NCBI GenBank assembly: GCA_016931515.1
Contig: JAFGEQ010000011.1
Span: 488-64,487 of the forward strand
Direction of reading: 5' to 3'
DNA from: a candidate division CSSED10-310 bacterium
GTDB taxonomy: Bacteria; CSSED10-310
Length of the DNA stretch: 64,000 nucleotides
A model generated the notes under the pieces. That model had not been told where the DNA came from. It was given only the letters and a program-made list of their open reading frames with translations, and did not search any database. Each line of letters begins with the position of its first letter. The first letter of the stretch is position 1. Both the position numbers and the translations under genes were made by a program. Below are positions 60,264 through 64,000 of this stretch, piece by piece.

Positions 60264-60358
60264 GTCCTATTCGTCCTATCCCTTAAAATAAAACCGAATC
60301 TTCAGATATCTCCTCATCGTTATCCCGCTAGATCCTGGCGCCGTCCTATTCGTCCTAT
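60264..60358. repeat. Two copies of a 16-bp direct repeat GTCCTATTCGTCCTAT (itself a GTCCTAT tandem), 79 bp apart, in a divergent intergenic region
   Basis: Copies at 60264-60279 and 60343-60358. The flanking 3 nt are also similar (gcaGTCC.. and gccGTCC..). Confidence 0.5.
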
Positions 60359-60542
60359 GCAAACTATAAAATCCCATCAACTCAGATTTCGAGTGACGAA
60401 ACAGGCGGATATAAATTCAATCATTCCGATACAATTGGTGTAGTTCGCCCTGACTTCGATAATAATTGATAGTTTTTCTTGCTTTCTTCCGTTCGTTAGC
60501 GAATCATTTATCTCAGATCCAGAAGTTGGAAGGAGGACATGA

Positions 60543-60863
60543 ATGAAAAAAGTATATGAGACTTTAGATCCTCTCGTTTTGGGGCATTTCAAAAATCTTC
60601 TTGAGAATGAAAACATATCCTGCATGACTCGAAATGAATATCTGGCAAGCGCGGCGGGCGGACTGCCACCGACGGAATGCTGGTACGAAATCTGGGTTGA
60701 CAATGATCGTCAATATAATGATGCCAAAAAGATTATTGAAACTGCATTATCCGATGAGGTTCCTTCCGGCCCTCCATGGATATGCTCAAATTGCGGTGAA
60801 GAGAATGAGAATCACTTCACGGAATGCTGGAAATGTGGCTGGGAGAAACCCATTACTACATGA
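60543..60863 (+). CDS. Small DUF2007-like (PII-like fold) protein with C-terminal zinc ribbon
   Basis: KKVYETLDPLVLGHFKNLLENENISC...EIWVDNDRQYNDAKKII resembles DUF2007 signal-transducing-protein domains. C-terminal CSNCGEENENHFTECWKCGW. GGAGGA RBS. Confidence 0.5.
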   Translation: MKKVYETLDPLVLGHFKNLLENENISCMTRNEYLASAAGGLPPTECWYEIWVDNDRQYNDAKKIIETALSDEVPSGPPWICSNCGEENENHFTECWKCGWEKPITT

Positions 60864-60977
60864 CATCACTGCACAAGGATTCGGGCTATACGACGGTCGC
60901 TCTCCCGGGAGCAGGAGCTGTGGGCAGCCTCTTGAAGATGAGCGGCTATTTAAATACAAAAACTTGAAACTGAACGC

Positions 60978-61570
60978 CTCTTACTGAGAGCAATCTCGCC
61001 GGAAGACAGATTTATCATCCTCGAAAACTACTCCGATCCGGATGTGGCGAACTGGTTCTTCGATCGCCCGTTCACCCGAGTCGAACACGCCGACCCGGTC
61101 ACCAGTGATTTCCTCGAAAAGGCTGCGCAAGGCAAGGGTCTTGCCAGTGCTCCAAGCAGGGGAGCTTCAAGCAAAAAGAATTTTGAAAAGCTGCCTGAAC
61201 TCAGGAACCAGTGATTTCATCTGTGTTGTTGAGCGAACACCAGGAATTCCTGGAGGACGGCTGGTTCCATGACCAGGACCCGCTCGACTGGTCGAAGAAG
61301 AAACGATTTGCCGGCATTTTCCGCCTATACCAAGACCTGATCCGGTTGAGATTGAACAAGGACGGGCACACCGCCGGGCTCTGCGGGCAAGCGGTCGGTG
61401 TCCACCACGCTGATGGAGAACGCAAGGTGCTGGCATTACACCGATGGGGGCGCGAGCGGGGGACAGCGTGCTTATCTTGTCACAAGACAAGAAATCAGCT
61501 AACAACCGGCTTCACAAGGTTCAGCGTCTTGCTCTGCAACGCGAAACGCGCCTCCGAACAATGCGCTTGA
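60978..61570 (+). pseudogene. Gene remnants: GNAT-acetyltransferase-like N-terminal fragment followed by a frame-shifted GH13 (alpha-amylase family) C-terminal fragment
   Basis: The frame from 60978 reads LLRAISPEDRFIILENYSDPDVANWFFDRPF...EKAAQGKGLA (RimL-like GNAT N-terminus) and ends after 78 codons. The +2 frame from about 61190 reads EFLEDGWFHDQDPLDW...FRLYQDLIRLRLNKDGHTAGL...HHADGERKVLALHRWGRERGTA, resembling the C-terminal beta-sandwich region of alpha-amylase-family enzymes. No intact N-terminal catalytic barrel is present. Confidence 0.35.
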
Positions 61571-61655
61571 CTCACATTCGCCTTGCTGTCCAGAGGCTTC
61601 GCCTGTTACAATCAATTCAAAGTGTGTGAGCGCCGCGATTAGCTGAGCAGATTTT

Positions 61656-62630
61656 ATGACAAGACAGAAAACGTTTATCCTTTTGGCAGTAGTGCTGTTG
61701 CTCCCTGTAGATCACGGTGCAGGTATAGCGAGTGGTTACAAGCTCCCCCAGATAGAGAACGATTTCCAGTCACGAGATAGGTCTATCGTTTTCTTCGGCA
61801 TTGTTGTTGACAATAACGAGCATCCTGTCGCAGATGCCATAGTGGAGATCCACTATCGGCACTACTCCCCCAAAGTCACTATCGGAATCGACAGGAAACA
61901 TATCACCACGGATGAAGCAGGGCGCTTCACTGTTGACGGAATAGAAGGAACGGAACTGTTCATCAACAATATTTCGAAGTTCGGATATGAGTTCACCTAT
62001 TTTGACCGGAAGAACTTCTCATACTGGGATCACTTTCCAGAGAAGGTTTTCAAGCCCGACAAGCGGAGCCCTGTTAAGTTCATGCTACGCAAGAAGAATC
62101 CTGCAGCACTGGTTTTCCCTGGAATAGTGTCGAAGACATTTGAATCAGATACCCCATCGCAATTCTATGATGCAGCCCAACACATATTCTGGACAAAACA
62201 GATTGATGGCACTCCCAGGATTAAGGATGTGAAAGTATTTGCTGTACGTGATCCACTGAAAGAAGTGTGGACACTAACGTTTGAGACTCTCAAGCCAGAA
62301 GACGGATTGATTCTTTCAGATAAAAAGCTGTTTACTGTTCCTTCTTCTGGTTTCAAGTCCCAAGTCTCGGTTGATGTGCCTGTCGATCCCCAACGCCAAC
62401 CTTTTCACCTCTATTTCAAATCTCGATCTGCCACTGTATATTCGGGTTTGGATGGCACGCTTCGGGCTTGGCCGGAACGGGTCTACCTCACCTTTGACTC
62501 AAGAACGAATCTCAACGGAAATCCGAATATAGACTTCTATGAAGAAATCTACGCTGACTATTGGGCTAAGAAAGTGGCAGAGCAGAGAAGAATCAGAGAA
62601 GAGCGAAAGAAGAAATCAGCTAACGAATGA
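61656..62630 (+). CDS. Secreted hypothetical protein with carboxypeptidase-regulatory-like (CarbopepD_reg) N-terminal domain
   Basis: Signal peptide MTRQKTFILLAVVLLLPVDHGAG. FGIVVDNNEHPVADAIVEI...TTDEAGRFTVDGI. Confidence 0.45.
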   Translation: MTRQKTFILLAVVLLLPVDHGAGIASGYKLPQIENDFQSRDRSIVFFGIVVDNNEHPVADAIVEIHYRHYSPKVTIGIDRKHITTDEAGRFTVDGIEGTELFINNISKFGYEFTYFDRKNFSYWDHFPEKVFKPDKRSPVKFMLRKKNPAALVFPGIVSKTFESDTPSQFYDAAQHIFWTKQIDGTPRIKDVKVFAVRDPLKEVWTLTFETLKPEDGLILSDKKLFTVPSSGFKSQVSVDVPVDPQRQPFHLYFKSRSATVYSGLDGTLRAWPERVYLTFDSRTNLNGNPNIDFYEEIYADYWAKKVAEQRRIREERKKKSANE

Positions 62631-63073
62631 ATTCAGGATATTTGTCCCTGGCGCGCCGAATTTACAGCCTCGCGTTCGCCTTAAAATGGTTATTTATGGG
62701 AAGGTTTCTTCGGAAGTGCTTTGGCCTGAATTCTGGAGGTCAGTATAAATCGAATTTTCTTCTTTTTTTATTTTTTTTTCTGGGAATCACAGTTTTCGCT
62801 CAAACGGATTGGGTAAGTGTTCAGCCGGGTGGGAACAACTTTAATTTTCAAAATCCCCAAGTGAAAATTCCCTCTGGATACAATGATGTTTTGATTGGCG
62901 ATGGATTACAGTATTTGATACCTGATAGAGAAAACGACGATCCCAATTTGACATACAATTATTTAGATAATCTGGATGACCATCGAGTTTCATTGATTCG
63001 GATTTCTATGGAGAACCCGATGCGTGTTACTTACTCTTCAAAAGGTGATCCATTCTACTTCAATTCTTTTTGA
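62627..63073 (+). CDS. Hypothetical small secreted protein (AT-rich gene)
   Basis: Probable start MGRFL at about 62696, with signal peptide FLLFLFFFLGITVFAQT. No motifs recognised. Confidence 0.3.
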   Translation: MNSGYLSLARRIYSLAFALKWLFMGRFLRKCFGLNSGGQYKSNFLLFLFFFLGITVFAQTDWVSVQPGGNNFNFQNPQVKIPSGYNDVLIGDGLQYLIPDRENDDPNLTYNYLDNLDDHRVSLIRISMENPMRVTYSSKGDPFYFNSF

Positions 63074-63433
63074 ATGGAAGATCGCCTTGGATCATTTGAG
63101 GATTCTACTCATTAATCAATGAACGAAAACCCAGGTAGTTTTAGGATTATTACTCAGGTTGGCGATACATGGATGAGAGGAAGCTCAGCAAAAAATCTGT
63201 TGCTAGGAGCGGTAGATGCTCCTGAAATGGCAAATTTCTTTATTATAACAAAGGTAACTTTTATTCCGCAGGGTAACTACGATAGTAATTTTAAATGAAA
63301 GCCTGCGCTGATGAGTAAATTGCAATAACAAAACAGAAGAAAAAAGGTATTTGCACTAATCGCGGTACTCCGCAGGCTCCGGTTTGCAGGTAATTTGTAA
63401 CGATTCACTCCCGGATGCAATAGTGATATTGAT

Positions 63434-64000
63434 TTATCGGAAGTCCGTTTCTCTGGGCAGAGCCTCCGGCAGATCGATCAGGCCCTGTTGGAACCAGGGG
63501 AACGCCAGGATCGGGATGCCACGGCTGTAACAGGTTAGAAAACTGTTTTCCGGACTGTCGCAGAAACCTTCCCAGCGACAGTTTCCTGTGCGGTGTGTGA
63601 CGGATTCCACCTGCAGCTTCAGATACTTGGCGTGCTGCCGGTGGTAATCGATATCAGCTCCGAGATACAGAGCGGCCAGATCGCGCCACATGTTCTGGGA
63701 GATCCACACATTGGCATGGCCGTCGCGGTGGCTGTCGCCATAACCGGTCTGCGTTTTCTCATGGGCGGATTCGAGATGAAACCGCATGCGGGTTTCCAGG
63801 TCGACGGGTGCGCTCAACCCGCACAGCCACAGGGCGACCAGCCCGTGAGCGGCGTAATTGCAATACCCGTTCGGATCCTCATTGCCATTTGATGTGTTGA
63901 TGGGTTTGTCGTGATCCAGCGGCAGCAGCACGCCGGTCACTTTGCCCTGCTCCGGAGCGGTGGATTGCGGCGCCGGCAGAGCGATTGGGAAAAGCGTGCC
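63434..64000 (-). CDS. Partial CDS (3' end in window; frame open to the right edge), GC-rich hypothetical protein
   Basis: ORF 63434..63940 is reported from an internal GTG, but the frame stays open through 64000. No motifs recognised. Confidence 0.4.
   Translation of the reverse strand, partial: GTLFPIALPAPQSTAPEQGKVTGVLLPLDHDKPINTSNGNEDPNGYCNYAAHGLVALWLCGLSAPVDLETRMRFHLESAHEKTQTGYGDSHRDGHANVWISQNMWRDLAALYLGADIDYHRQHAKYLKLQVESVTHRTGNCRWEGFCDSPENSFLTCYSRGIPILAFPWFQQGLIDLPEALPRETDFR

Overview
The window is a chromosomal segment of a diderm (Gram-negative-type) bacterium with about 50% GC; no finer lineage can be assigned from sequence alone. The diderm call rests on a complete Tol-Pal cluster, LpxH-like and FadL-like genes, and several OMP beta-barrels with C-terminal Phe. 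Most of the window is housekeeping: glgA/glgC, add, glmS, rpoD, tolQ-tolR-tolA-tolB-pal-cpoB, mltG, ruvX, rplU-rpmA-obg-nadD-surE, metH, gap, tpiA, secG and a tRNA-Leu(GAG). The non-ordinary content is glycan-related and clusters in three places. (1) At 4.1-12.7 kb the ADP-glucose/glycogen genes are interrupted by a radical-SAM/SPASM enzyme translationally coupled to a Dpm1/GtrB-like polyprenyl-phosphate sugar synthase. Downstream of them sits a catalytically degenerate GlgD-like paralog, then a catalytic GlgC, then a large GT-C (ArnT/PMT-like) membrane glycosyltransferase. This looks like a lipid-linked-hexose glycosylation module fed by the ADP-glucose pathway. (2) At 55.6-60.1 kb, just downstream of tRNA-Leu, a GC-elevated segment carries a second radical-SAM gene and two tandem GT-C paralogs. 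Convergent genes there are separated by an unusual inverted array of heptanucleotide microsatellites. (3) 60.2-64 kb is a compositional mosaic with gene remnants (a GNAT N-terminal fragment and a GH13 C-terminal fragment), 16-bp direct repeats, and AT-rich secreted-protein genes. Other oddities include a PspF-like sigma-54 activator with a degenerate GAFTGA motif next to a lone prepilin gene, a 1130-aa S8 protease with eight FG-GAP repeats, a MetH lacking its reactivation domain, and an archaeal-type bifunctional sugar-1-P nucleotidyltransferase in the place of GlmU. No CRISPR arrays, rRNA genes, transposases or integrases were seen. All calls come from reading the supplied translations and sequence by eye, without database searches. 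Start coordinates I derived myself may be off by a few nucleotides.
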